From an uncultured delta proteobacterium (GTDB taxonomy: Bacteria > Desulfobacterota > Binatia > UBA9968), in the NCBI GenBank assembly GCA_963804165.1, contig CAWDPO010000043.1:352001-416000 (forward strand): DNA of 64,000 bases, given 5' to 3'. Below, piece by piece: positions 21,120 through 30,826 of the stretch. The stretch's first letter is position 1; each line of letters begins with the position of its first letter. The position numbers and the translations under genes were made by a program. The notes below the pieces were generated by a model. It was not told the origin of the DNA and ran no database searches. It saw nothing but the letters and a program-made list of their open reading frames with translations.

Positions 21120-22175
21120 GTGAAAGTCTTCTCGCGATTATTCTGGCGGAGCTTTGGAGCGCTCGCGCTGCTGCTGGCGTTAGATCCGGTCAAGCTTGAG
21201 GCAAATCCGTACCTCGCCAAGCCGGGTGAGCCCGTCGTACCGATTCGTGTTGCCGCCTGCGCCATCAGCGGCGGTTTCATGCATCTCTACACGGCGCTGG
21301 ATCATCATCTGTTCGACAAATACGGACTCAAAGTCGAGTTCCTGCTCGTCCGCGGCGCCGGAGTATCCGTGGCGGCGCTTACCGCCAACGAGTTGCAATT
21401 TCTCTATTGCACCGCTGATGCGATCATTCCGAGCCTGGCCGCCGGCGCCGAAGCCAAGATGATCGCGTCGCCGCTCGTCGGCTTGCCGTGGGTGATCATC
21501 GCGCGCAAGGAACTCAAACGAGTCGAGGACCTGAAGGGCAAGACTTTCATCGCGACCCGGCCTGGCGGAACGCCGGACACGCTCATTCGGGTCTTGATGA
21601 AGAAACTCAACTTCGGCGCCGATGATGTAAAAATCCGCCACATCGGCGGCGCCGGTCAAACCGAAGTCTATACCGCTTTGCAGCAAGATCTCGGACACGC
21701 AACCATGGTGACTCCGCCCCTCGACGCGCGCGCGAAACGGGATGGTCTCAATACCATTTATCATCTTGATGATCTGAACTTGCCCGCCATTTACAGCAGT
21801 TTTTTTACCAACGAGCGGATGCTCAAAGAACGTCCCTGGATCGTCCAAAAATTTGTCGCCGCTTTGGCGGAAACCGTTTATTTCGTCGAGAAAAATCCCG
21901 ACAAAGCAAAACAGTCCGTCAGTAGAGCTTTGGCCCTCAAAGACGCGGACTCCGCGCAATCCGCCTACGATGTCTACGCCAAGCGGCTGGTCAACCGGCG
22001 GGTCAACGTTCCAGCGTCGCGCGTCGCCGAGGCGATCGAAAACTTGCGTCAGTCCGGCGCCAACGTGCGGCGCAAACCCGCCGAGACTTACGATAACAGC
22101 TTCGCGCAAAATCTGCGGCAGAGCGGCTATCTGATGGAGCTATGGGGCGGAGAAGCGCCGGGAAAAAAGTGGTGA
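21120..22175 (+). CDS. NitT/TauT (NMT1/THI5-like) substrate-binding protein
   Basis: KYGLKVEF, DLKGK, YDNSF. Confidence 0.85.
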   Translation: MKVFSRLFWRSFGALALLLALDPVKLEANPYLAKPGEPVVPIRVAACAISGGFMHLYTALDHHLFDKYGLKVEFLLVRGAGVSVAALTANELQFLYCTADAIIPSLAAGAEAKMIASPLVGLPWVIIARKELKRVEDLKGKTFIATRPGGTPDTLIRVLMKKLNFGADDVKIRHIGGAGQTEVYTALQQDLGHATMVTPPLDARAKRDGLNTIYHLDDLNLPAIYSSFFTNERMLKERPWIVQKFVAALAETVYFVEKNPDKAKQSVSRALALKDADSAQSAYDVYAKRLVNRRVNVPASRVAEAIENLRQSGANVRRKPAETYDNSFAQNLRQSGYLMELWGGEAPGKKW

Positions 22176-22235
22176 GTCGGTGCAGCCGATGGGATGTAAG
22201 ATCTTGCTAAGCTTGATTTAAGTAGGGAAAGGACG

Positions 22236-22634
22236 ATGCCCATGGCGCAAATCAAACACATCGCGATCCGCACCCATGACGTGGAAAAAACCGCGGCCTT
22301 TTACAAGGAAGCCTTCGGCCTCGAACAAGTCGGCGTCGGCCAGAGCGGCATTTATTTGACCGACGGCTATTTGAATATCGCGATCTTGAACTTTCGCGCG
22401 GTCGTCGAGGGTGAAACCATGAAGCTCGGCGTCGATCACATCGGCTTTCAAGTCGACGACGTCGACGCGGCGGTGGCGCGCATTAAAGGCCTTGGCGGCA
22501 AATCGTTAAACGACCGGCACGAGTCCGCGCCGAAAGAACCCGCCCAGCCGCAATCATACTTCGAAGTGAAGTGCATCGGTCCGGAAGATCAGGTCATCGA
22601 CGTCTCCAACGCGGGCTGGGTCGGCGCCAAGTGA
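22236..22634 (+). CDS. VOC/glyoxalase family protein
   Basis: IKHIAIRTHDVEKTAAFY, DHIGFQVDD. Confidence 0.9.
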   Translation: MPMAQIKHIAIRTHDVEKTAAFYKEAFGLEQVGVGQSGIYLTDGYLNIAILNFRAVVEGETMKLGVDHIGFQVDDVDAAVARIKGLGGKSLNDRHESAPKEPAQPQSYFEVKCIGPEDQVIDVSNAGWVGAK

Positions 22635-22638
22635 CGCC

Positions 22639-22816
22639 GCAGGCTGCTGAAAACGACTCATATGCAAACGCCGATTGCCCTGAGCTTCGCCGAAGGGTAC
22701 GCTCAATCGTCTCGCGTCAACGTACTGCCGATGTACGCCTCCGCTCGCCGATTTCTCGCGCACCTCGCCTCTGAGATCTTTTTGAGCAGCCTGCAATCCA
22801 GGTTTCAGCAACCTGC
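22639..22816. repeat. MITE-like element, family 2
   Basis: Ends GCAGGCTGCTGAAA...TTTCAGCAACCTGC; related copy at 42467-42614. Confidence 0.65.
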
Positions 22817-22940
22817 TAGTGAGGTGGTCCAGAAGTTCGCTGAATAAAATCTCCCCTTCCCCTCTTTTTCAAAGAGGGGTCTAAAGGATTTTGATAACAA
22901 TCCCCCTTTGAAAAGGGGGATAGAGGGGATTTGAGTTCAG
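22816..22940. repeat. MITE-like element, family 1 (left end plus CCCCT/AGGGG palindromes)
   Basis: CTAGTG...CAGAAGTTCG end; interior similar to 45870-46075. Confidence 0.65.
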
Positions 22941-23021
22941 CTGCACCCGCAACCGCTCGCCCTGAGCATTGTCGAAGGGCTCCGATCGCATCCGCAATTC
23001 TAACCAAGCCTCCCCACATCC

Positions 23022-24314
23022 GTGAGCACGAACACCCTGCGCAACCGCCTTTCCGGCCTCTACTACGGCTGGCGCATGATCGGTCTTGTTTCCGCGTTGC
23101 GCGTGCTCGGCGGCGGCTTGCATCAATACGGTTTTACGGTTTTCTTTCTGCCCGTCACCCAAGACCTCGGTCTCACCCGCGCCTCCACTTCTTTGGCGTT
23201 TTCCTTGGCGCGCGCCGAAGGCTCGCTCGCTGCGCCCATCGTCGGCTACCTGATCGACCGCTACGGCCCTAGACCGATGATGTTCACGGCCGCGCTGCTC
23301 GCCGGCATCGGCTACATCCTGTTTTCTTTCGTGAACAGCTACGCGACCTTTCTCATCGTTTATCTCGGCGTCATCTCGCTCGCCTTCACCGCCGGTTTCG
23401 TTCACGCGCCCACGGTTATCGCCAACAGTTGGTTCATTCGTCTGCGCGCCCGCGCGATGACCGTCGTCAGCGCCGCAGTGCCGGTCGGCGGCGCGCTGAT
23501 CACACCGCTTCTAGGGATCGCAGTCCATACATTCGGGTGGCGCTGGGCGGCGTTTTTCGCCGGTGTGCTGTTTCTGGTAGCCGGCCTGCCGCTGTGCATC
23601 GGAATAAAGCGATCTCCGGAAAGCATCGGCATGGCGGCCGACGGCGTGCCGCTCCGAAATGAGAGGATCGAAGGTGCAGAGGAAAAAACTTCGACCAATC
23701 AAGAGCCCGAAATCACGGCGCGCGAAGCATTTCGCTCGCCGATCTTCTGGAATCTGATCTGCTCAATGACCTGCCGCTCGGTCGCGTTCACGACGGTCAC
23801 GACTCATTTCATTCCGATGATGGTTTGGAAAGGCGTAAGCCAGACCGAAGCGTCGGTGCTGCTCGCCGGATTTGCGCTCATCAATTTGCCGATTCACTTT
23901 CTACTCGGCTGGATCGCTGATTTCGTTAACAAGCCCAAGCTGGTCACCATCTGCCTGTTCTTAGGTGTCGTCGCCGTCTTACCGATGTTATGGAGCAACT
24001 CCCTTTGGGCGTTGTGGTTCTTTACCGGACTCTACAGCGTGCTCGATGCATCGATCCCGGTTTTTTGGGCTTCGGTAGGAGACTTCTTCGGCCGCAAATC
24101 CTTCGGCGCGATCCGCGGCAACATGAATTTATTCTACACCTGGGGAGCCATCTTGGGTCCGTTTGTCGCCGGCGCGATTTACGATCAGACCCAAAGCTAC
24201 GCACTAGTGTTCAGCGGCATTACCGTATCGCTCCTCATCTCCACCGCCATGACGGCGCTCTTGATCAAGCCGTGGGCGAAGCTTGGAACGATCGCTCAGA
24301 CGCCAATCCACTAA
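23022..24314 (+). CDS. MFS transporter
   Basis: About 12 hydrophobic segments; GYLIDRYGPR motif A. Confidence 0.9.
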   Translation: MSTNTLRNRLSGLYYGWRMIGLVSALRVLGGGLHQYGFTVFFLPVTQDLGLTRASTSLAFSLARAEGSLAAPIVGYLIDRYGPRPMMFTAALLAGIGYILFSFVNSYATFLIVYLGVISLAFTAGFVHAPTVIANSWFIRLRARAMTVVSAAVPVGGALITPLLGIAVHTFGWRWAAFFAGVLFLVAGLPLCIGIKRSPESIGMAADGVPLRNERIEGAEEKTSTNQEPEITAREAFRSPIFWNLICSMTCRSVAFTTVTTHFIPMMVWKGVSQTEASVLLAGFALINLPIHFLLGWIADFVNKPKLVTICLFLGVVAVLPMLWSNSLWALWFFTGLYSVLDASIPVFWASVGDFFGRKSFGAIRGNMNLFYTWGAILGPFVAGAIYDQTQSYALVFSGITVSLLISTAMTALLIKPWAKLGTIAQTPIH

Positions 24315-24384
24315 AGCCATTCGCTAGATTGATAAGGTTCTTATATTAGACCCTGACAGCGATTAAGGGTTACGGTCAAGTCTT

Positions 24385-24482
24385 TATACGCTATCGCGTG
24401 TAGAATACGTTTATACGCTATACAGGATAACTAATATAATACGCTATAAAGTATATTGACAAAATATACGCCATAAAGTATA
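24385..24482 (+). promoter_or_regulatory. hipBA promoter with four HipB-type operators
   Basis: TATAC-N8-GTATA-like 18-mers at 24385, 24412, 24438 and 24465 (26-27 bp period), with TTGACA at 24456. Similar in layout to E. coli TATCC-N8-GGATA operators. Confidence 0.8.
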
Positions 24483-24504
24483 TCTAAATCAGGAGTCAAT
24501 CTTT

Positions 24505-24753
24505 ATGGAGCAGATCGCTAGAACCTCAAAGCAGATCGGAGCCGCTATTCGCCGGTGTCGCCGTGCCGCTGGTCTGTCTCAAGCCCAGCTTGGAGCCAAA
24601 ACCAATTTGCGCCAAGCAACAATATCAGCCCTTGAGCACGGCGAGCCGGGCACCGAGCTGCGAACCCTCACGGATGCGATGACTGCGCTCGGCCTTGAAA
24701 TGGTCGTCCGCGAGCGTTCGAAAGCACCAGCTGCCATCGAGGATCTGTTCTGA
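24505..24753 (+). CDS. hipB: HipB-type XRE antitoxin
   Basis: HTH: LSQAQLG...QATISALEHG; overlaps the hipA start. Confidence 0.88.
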   Translation: MEQIARTSKQIGAAIRRCRRAAGLSQAQLGAKTNLRQATISALEHGEPGTELRTLTDAMTALGLEMVVRERSKAPAAIEDLF

Positions 24754-26078
24754 TGGCCCGTCGGCGAACCCGCATTCCTCTGAACGTCTATTTGAACTCG
24801 CGCCTCGTGGGGCAGCTGCGACGCCAGGCAAGCGGTGCGATTGAATTCCAGTACGACCCAAGCTGGCTGTCGTGGGAGAACGCCTTTCCGATTTCGCTCT
24901 CCCTGCCGATGCGAGAGGATCGATACACAGGCGATCCGGTGATCGCCGTCTTTGAGAATCTTCTTCCTGACAGCGACGCCATACGGCGCCGTCTGGCTGA
25001 GCGGGTCCACGCAGACAGCTCCGATGCTTATGGACTTCTTGCCAAGATCGGCCGCGACTGCGTCGGCGCGCTCCAGCTCCTACCCGATAGCGTTGAGCCC
25101 GGACCTGCAGGAACGGTAGCAGGTCGGCTTGTCGACGAGGAATATGTCGCCCGCAAGATCGGCGATCTCACCGCCACGCCTCTCGGCGTCGACGAAGATG
25201 AGGAATTCAGAATTTCTCTAGCGGGTGCGCAGGAGAAAACCGCCTTCCTGTTCTGGAAAAACAAGTGGCATGTGCCGCACGGCACAACACCAACTACGCA
25301 TATCTTAAAGCCCCAGATCGGCATGTTACCGAACGGCATCGATCTCACACACAGCGTCGCGAATGAATATCTCTGCCTGAAGCTCACAGAGGCATTCGGT
25401 CTGCACAGCGCAAAGATTGCGATTGCGGATTTCAAAGACAACCATGTTCTTGTCGTTGAGCGCTTCGACCGGCGCTGGACAGCGGACAACCGCCTGCTGC
25501 GATTGCCGCAGGAAGATTGTTGCCAATCTCTTTCGGTGCCGCCGACCCGTAAATATGAGCCAGACGGCGGTCCCGGAATGGGCGCAATTTTGGAATTGCT
25601 CAAGGGAAGTGACGACCCGGAAGCGGACCAGCGATTTTTTCTAAAAGCGCAAATCGTGTTCTGGCTCCTGGGCGCGACTGACGGCCACGCGAAAAACTTC
25701 AGCGTCTTCCTTCAACCTGGCGGTCGCTTTCGTCTTACGCCGCTCTACGATGTAATGTCACTCCAGCCCGCCGTTGATGCGGGCCAGCTCCGGAGAAACC
25801 AGATGAAGTTTGCCCTCGCGGTCGGCGACAACCGACATTATGTGATCCAGGAAATCATGCCGCGGCACTTCGTCCAGACGGCGGCAAAGAATGGCATTCC
25901 CGCATCCGTCGTTCAGACGATCTTCGACGAACTTCTCCAAGCTGAGGAGGCCGCCATAAGCAAAGTCATGAGCGATCTGCCGGCCGGATTTCCAGAGGAC
26001 CTTGTTCGGAGCATCGAGAGAGGCATTCGCACGCGCTTGCGGTTAGCGGAAGGCACCCATGCAATCGCCTCACGGTAG
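24753..26078 (+). CDS. hipA: HipA Ser/Thr kinase toxin
   Basis: Couple_hipA N-terminus, GRDCVGA, ISLAGAQEK, ERFDR, ATDGHAKNFS, LYD. Confidence 0.93.
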   Translation: MARRRTRIPLNVYLNSRLVGQLRRQASGAIEFQYDPSWLSWENAFPISLSLPMREDRYTGDPVIAVFENLLPDSDAIRRRLAERVHADSSDAYGLLAKIGRDCVGALQLLPDSVEPGPAGTVAGRLVDEEYVARKIGDLTATPLGVDEDEEFRISLAGAQEKTAFLFWKNKWHVPHGTTPTTHILKPQIGMLPNGIDLTHSVANEYLCLKLTEAFGLHSAKIAIADFKDNHVLVVERFDRRWTADNRLLRLPQEDCCQSLSVPPTRKYEPDGGPGMGAILELLKGSDDPEADQRFFLKAQIVFWLLGATDGHAKNFSVFLQPGGRFRLTPLYDVMSLQPAVDAGQLRRNQMKFALAVGDNRHYVIQEIMPRHFVQTAAKNGIPASVVQTIFDELLQAEEAAISKVMSDLPAGFPEDLVRSIERGIRTRLRLAEGTHAIASR

Positions 26079-26136
26079 CGCCTACCCTCCACTTGCAAGT
26101 ATCACCGGATGCTCAGGCGAATCTGGTTATTGGTTG

Positions 26137-26251
26137 TCGATCCCGGTTTTTTGGGCTTCGGTTGGAGACTTCTTCGGCCGCAAATCCTTCGGCACGATCC
26201 GCGGCAACATGAATCTCTTCTACACCTGGGGCGCGATCCTTGGTCCGTTCG
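26137..26251 (+). repeat. Duplicated internal fragment of the MFS gene (copy of 24051-24165)
   Basis: Encodes SIPVFWASVGDFFGRKSFGTIRGNMNLFYTWGAILGPF. Confidence 0.9.
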
Positions 26252-26297
26252 CTTTGAATCTCGAACTGACTCTTTGATTTTCTTCCTAGATCTCGCG

Positions 26298-26732
26298 TCA
26301 ATAGCTAAAAGCGGACTTGACCCCCCTTTCTGCTGCCCTTGGGAACCGCTCCGGGATGACAGTTTGGCGCGTTACGCGGCTGAGTGGCGCGACCAAACCG
26401 TCGAGCACTGCGAGAATTACGATGTGCCAGAATGCTACGAGCTTGGTTGCGACAAGACATCCATACGACAAGGCCAGCACTCCCTGGAAAAGGTATACGC
26501 CGATCAGGACTCTCTTACGATCGACGCGATCAGCAACAGCGCCAAATATCGGCGCCAATAGAACCCGTGAAGGCCCCTTGCAAAACGCCACCAATCCCAA
26601 GAGAAACGGCGAGCCGGTCATGACAAACACAAGCCAATCCTCCGCCACCTCTTGCATGTCTTCGCCAAGGCGGGTGACCATAGATCCGGTGAAGAACACA
26701 CGGTAGTCGCGATGTGTTAGCGCGTTGCTCAT
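26298..26732 (-). pseudogene. Truncated MFS transporter (N-terminal third)
   Basis: ALTHRDYRVF, GAVADRVDRK; ends after about 4 TM segments. Confidence 0.75.
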
Positions 26733-27215
26733 CGGTGATGAGGAGTCAAGTTTGTCAGGCCCGGTCGAAGCTGAGGCGTGAACCTGCCCCGAAAGGTCGA
26801 GTTGACGCCGCGAAACGGTTTGTACGTTATCGTCGCCTTGCTAAAGGATCAAGCCGATCGCGGCATGACCGTGACAGGTCAGAAGCGGGAGGAAGTGAGC
26901 TCAGGGAAGCGGCAGCGAAGGGCAGTGCACCCCCAAATCTGCACGCGGTTCTGCGCACGGCAGGAAAAATCGTGAAGGACCGACGAGTAAATTTTAAGAA
27001 TCAAAAGTCCTGACCCGCACCGTGACCCCAAAGGTCACTTCCATAAACAAATAAACAAAGCTGACACCTGCGCAGTGCTCACCTGCGCTGTGCTATCAAG
27101 ACAGTCTACAGTGAAAACCCCCATTGATGACCCTCGTTGATGACCCCGCCGCGCGAGTTTGCGCATTTTCGAAAATAAACGTTTAATCGAAACGTCTAAC
27201 TAATTGCCCGAGTTT

Positions 27216-28949
27216 ATGAAGAAGTGGAAAGCTTACGGCGCTTGGATCGCGTGGACGGTGATGATTATTTGTTATCCTCTCGGAAGCATTCACATTGGTT
27301 TAGCCAGTATAGATTTGAAGGGCGCGGATTGGGATCCCGCGGTGACAAGGTTCTTGAGATCAACGTTTGGTCGTCAACAGGAGAATTTCTTTTGGGGAGT
27401 CGCCTTAATTGCTCTCGCTATTCTTGCACAGATCATCGAGCGGTTTTTAAAACCCCTACCCGAAGACAACCTGGCCTTCGACCCGCGCGGAGGAGGAGTT
27501 CAAAAAGGAACACTAGAAGACTTTCTTCAAGAAGTAACCCACTCTGCAAACGAAATAGTTAGAGAAGCAACGGACCATTTTGAAGTTGCTTTAAACGAGC
27601 TATCTACGGGTGATTTCAAGAATGCAGCAAGGGATTTCTCTCGTTCAGTGACAATTGTTCCTACTATGTCCGCTTATTTGAATCTCGGTGCCTCTCTATA
27701 TTTCTGCTCGGAGTGGCTCGAAGCCAAAACTTCCTTTGGCTCGGGATTGGAGATCGCTCGTAGGCTGAAAGACGAACTCTTTGAGGCAAGATTCATTAAC
27801 AACTTGGGCTTACTCGAATTACATATGCGCAATCTGGCCGAGGCAGGTCGACACTTTGAACGAGCCGGTCAGTTGTTTAGGCAGTATGGAAACATGGAAG
27901 GGGTCGCCGCCACCTTGGGAAATTTGGGAGACATCGCATATTTGATTGGCCACTACGGAGAAGCTCACGACTTACAGATGAAAGCGAGAAACAGTTTTAG
28001 AAAGATAAACCACCGAACGGGAGAGGCATACGCACAAATAGGTTTAGGCACCGTGTTGGCAGCCCAAGGCAAATTGGTCGAGGCACAGTCCTGTTATGAT
28101 GCGGCTTACAGAATTTTTAAGGCTAGCAATAACCTTATCGGTGTGGCTCACGCCTTGGGCAATCAAGCAAGTAATTGGGCAAAAACTGGCGACTTTAGCA
28201 AGGCACTAGCGTTACATTATGAGGCATTGAAGTTAGATCGTGATAACGGGGATCGCGTGGGAGAGGCATTTAATCTACAAAACATTGGATCTGTTAAGTT
28301 TCAAACTGGTCAGATAGAAGAAGCTGTAGAACATTACACTACCGCTTTAAAGATCAACAAGGAGGTAAAAAATCGCTCCGGGGAAGCCGAATGCTTGGGT
28401 AATCTGAGCAATATTTACATGGGGCCAGGCAAGTTCAGAGATTTAATAAAGGCCGAAGAACTACTCCAGAAAACACATGAAATTTATCTCGGAATGGATT
28501 ATACGGACGCGGCAGCTACAGTCAAGATTAACCTGGGAAACTTGTACTATATGAAAGGCGACCTCGAGGAAGCGCGACAAGTCTTAAGAGAAGCACTGGC
28601 GCATCAGAAAAAGGTCGGGAACCTAGACGGTCAAGCTTCTGCTCTTGTCAATTTGGGTCTCGTAGACGCCGCCGAAGGGAGATACGACTCAGCACTAACT
28701 CACTACAACGATGCCCTAAAAATTCAAGACACCATTAAAAACAATCTCGGAAAGGCTATCGTCCTTGGAAATATTGGCAATGTGTTTGCTCGTAAAGGTA
28801 ATCGAGATGCTGCTTTAAGTTATTTGCGAGCCTCCCTTTCGTTGTATAGTCAAATGGGAGTGAATGACGAAGGTGTAAAAACAGTCAATCAACTCCTTGC
28901 ACAGTTGACCAACGAGGCGGATCAAAAACTTCCCAAAAGAGAGTCCTAA
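27216..28949 (+). CDS. Membrane-anchored tetratricopeptide repeat protein
   Basis: Two N-terminal TM segments, then about 10 40-aa TPR units (A..L.NLG..Y...G...EA); more AT-rich than its flanks. Confidence 0.85.
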   Translation: MKKWKAYGAWIAWTVMIICYPLGSIHIGLASIDLKGADWDPAVTRFLRSTFGRQQENFFWGVALIALAILAQIIERFLKPLPEDNLAFDPRGGGVQKGTLEDFLQEVTHSANEIVREATDHFEVALNELSTGDFKNAARDFSRSVTIVPTMSAYLNLGASLYFCSEWLEAKTSFGSGLEIARRLKDELFEARFINNLGLLELHMRNLAEAGRHFERAGQLFRQYGNMEGVAATLGNLGDIAYLIGHYGEAHDLQMKARNSFRKINHRTGEAYAQIGLGTVLAAQGKLVEAQSCYDAAYRIFKASNNLIGVAHALGNQASNWAKTGDFSKALALHYEALKLDRDNGDRVGEAFNLQNIGSVKFQTGQIEEAVEHYTTALKINKEVKNRSGEAECLGNLSNIYMGPGKFRDLIKAEELLQKTHEIYLGMDYTDAAATVKINLGNLYYMKGDLEEARQVLREALAHQKKVGNLDGQASALVNLGLVDAAEGRYDSALTHYNDALKIQDTIKNNLGKAIVLGNIGNVFARKGNRDAALSYLRASLSLYSQMGVNDEGVKTVNQLLAQLTNEADQKLPKRES

Positions 28950-29037
28950 GCACGCTCAAGAAATCGTACAGCCCTTTCTCCAGCGAGAGTGGACCTACAA
29001 TAGACAAGAACCAAGAGTCCTAACCCCGTCCTCTGTG

Positions 29038-29157
29038 CTGCACCTCAAGTACGGTGCTGGCTACGTTGATCAAGAAGAATGAAGAACGTTACCGTGACCG
29101 GCTCTTGCGAAACCTAAAGCGGCGTGCGGCCGAACTCGGCTTCCAGGTCAAGGCCGC
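29038..29157 (+). mobile_element. IS110-family transposase C-terminal remnant
   Basis: LKYGAGYVDQ../EERYRDRLLRNLKRRAAELGFQV, the typical IS110 tail. Confidence 0.65.
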
Positions 29158-29197
29158 TCGGGGTCAGGCCTGAATCTGGATTCTAAATTTGGACATC

Positions 29198-29360
29198 TTA
29201 GGAAAGCACTTTCCCGAGCACCCTCATCATGTTGCCGCCCAGGATTTTGCCGATGCTTTCGTCCGAATAGTTTCGTCCGCTGAGCTCGACATGCAAGTTT
29301 TCCCTGTCGAGGAGTTTGGCGCCGATACCGTCGCGCCGGTAGATTCGATCCTCGCTCCAG
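29198..29360 (-). repeat. Dipeptidase 3'-end copy B
   Basis: WSEDRIYRRDGIGAKLLDRENL...GKILGGNMMRVLGKVLS*. Confidence 0.9.
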
Positions 29361-29663
29361 TTAAACATCGGACGCTGCGTGCAAGCGGAGGCCGAGCACG
29401 CGCACAACCTTGAGTACCGTGGAGAACTCCGGGTTGCCGTCCGGTGATAGCGCTTTGTAAAGGCTCTCTCGGCCCAGACCCGTTTCGCGGGCAATCTGGC
29501 TCATACCCTTGGCACGCGCGATGTCGCCCAGTGCCGCGGCGATGAGTGCAGGGTCACCGTCTTCGAGAGCGGCTTCCAAGTACGCCGCCATGTCGCCTTC
29601 CGTGGTCAAATGCTCGGCTGGGTCCCACGGTCGAGTTTTTATCTTTGCAGTCTTCCTTTTCAT
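29361..29663 (-). CDS. Addiction-module antidote protein (HigA-like HTH antitoxin), copy 1
   Basis: WDPAEHL, AAYLEAALEDGD, GMSQIARETGLGRESLYKALS..GNP.F.T. Confidence 0.92.
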   Translation of the reverse strand: MKRKTAKIKTRPWDPAEHLTTEGDMAAYLEAALEDGDPALIAAALGDIARAKGMSQIARETGLGRESLYKALSPDGNPEFSTVLKVVRVLGLRLHAASDV

Positions 29664-29671
29664 AACAACCT

Positions 29672-29910
29672 CTACTGTTCTCGTGCTAATTCCAAAGCTT
29701 TCTTTATGTCCCGATCCTGCGTTCGCTTGTCACCGCCGGCAAGCAAGATGATCAGCATCGGACCGCGTTGCACAAAATAATTGGTCTTACATCCCCCGGA
29801 TTACCAAGCGACAATCGATGGATACGCACATCGATTCGCGCCCGCGCTTTCCGATCACGCAAACTGTCGAACCAGTCGGCGTAAGTTTCGGTTTGGCGGA
29901 TTTCGATCAC
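29672..29910 (-). pseudogene. RelE/HigB-like addiction-module killer toxin with internal deletion
   Basis: VIEIRQTETYADWFDSLRDRKARARI...LGNPGDVRP, then frameshift to YFVQRG..IILLAGGDKRTQDRDIKKA. The usual central ELRI.YGPGYRV segment is absent. Confidence 0.82.
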
Positions 29911-30007
29911 TGAGGCAGAGTGTATTTTATAAGATACAATCAGTCAAGCGCCGGCTAAATAGCCAACGGGGAGAAAACTTTTCCACAGTTAATTGAGGAA
30001 ACTCGAT

Positions 30008-30242
30008 CTAGCGAAGCACTCTCCCGAGCACACGCATCATGTTGCCGCCGAGTATTTTACCCATGCTCTCTTCCGAGTAATTCCGTCCACTGAGCTCAGC
30101 CGCCAGATTTTCCCGGGCGAGTAGCTTGGCGCCGATGCCGTCGCGTCGGTAGATGCGATCCTCGCTCCAGTCGCGCTTCTCGAATTCGGCGGCGAACGAC
30201 GGCAAGTACGGAGCGATGCGCTTGGTGTCTTTGTACGAGCGG
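30008..30242 (-). repeat. Dipeptidase 3'-end copy A
   Basis: RSYKDTKRIAPYLPSFAAEFEKRDWSEDRIY...GGNMMRVLGRVLR*. Confidence 0.9.
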
Positions 30243-30365
30243 CGTCAGATCAATGATGCGCAGGATCGAGAAACGGTGCTGTCCGATCGCTCACGTAGAA
30301 GATCACGACGCACAAGGGTTCGCTGCTGACGCCCACGCGCACCGCCATGCCCACCAGTGCCCATG

Positions 30366-30710
30366 TTATGTCCTCTTGCGCCCGAGCTGATTTCGGCCGT
30401 TACGATCTGCATCGTCAACACGCCTCAGCGAGCAGACACCCTTATTGATACCCATCTCGATGATCGTTTTAACTTCGGCCGGCGAGTTTTTCGCGCAGTA
30501 ATACCCGCTTAAAATTCTTCCGTCTTTGGCAATCATTCGTATTGGCATGCCGTCGTATCTCTCGGCGTAGACCCTGCACCTGGTAGCGTTGGGCAAGCCT
30601 TGCCGAGTTAAAATTTTGAGATTCTCACAGACTGCACCGGATTTACTGAAACAACAGGCGCCGCATCGATTACACTCGCCGGTTAACAGAGCAACGACGG
30701 GGTTAGGCAT
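30366..30710 (-). CDS. Small Cys-cluster protein (CxxCxxCC, YkgJ-like)
   Basis: CNRCGACC...C..L...CRVYAER. Confidence 0.65.
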   Translation of the reverse strand: MPNPVVALLTGECNRCGACCFSKSGAVCENLKILTRQGLPNATRCRVYAERYDGMPIRMIAKDGRILSGYYCAKNSPAEVKTIIEMGINKGVCSLRRVDDADRNGRNQLGRKRT

Positions 30711-30826
30711 GAGTCTGGATTCTAAGATTGGTCACCTTCGGAAAGCACTTCCTAACGGGATGCCGTGGAATCGCGGCCTGCTCTTTCAGGACCTCTGCGG
30801 AGACGAGTCTGGTGAAACGGAAATTC

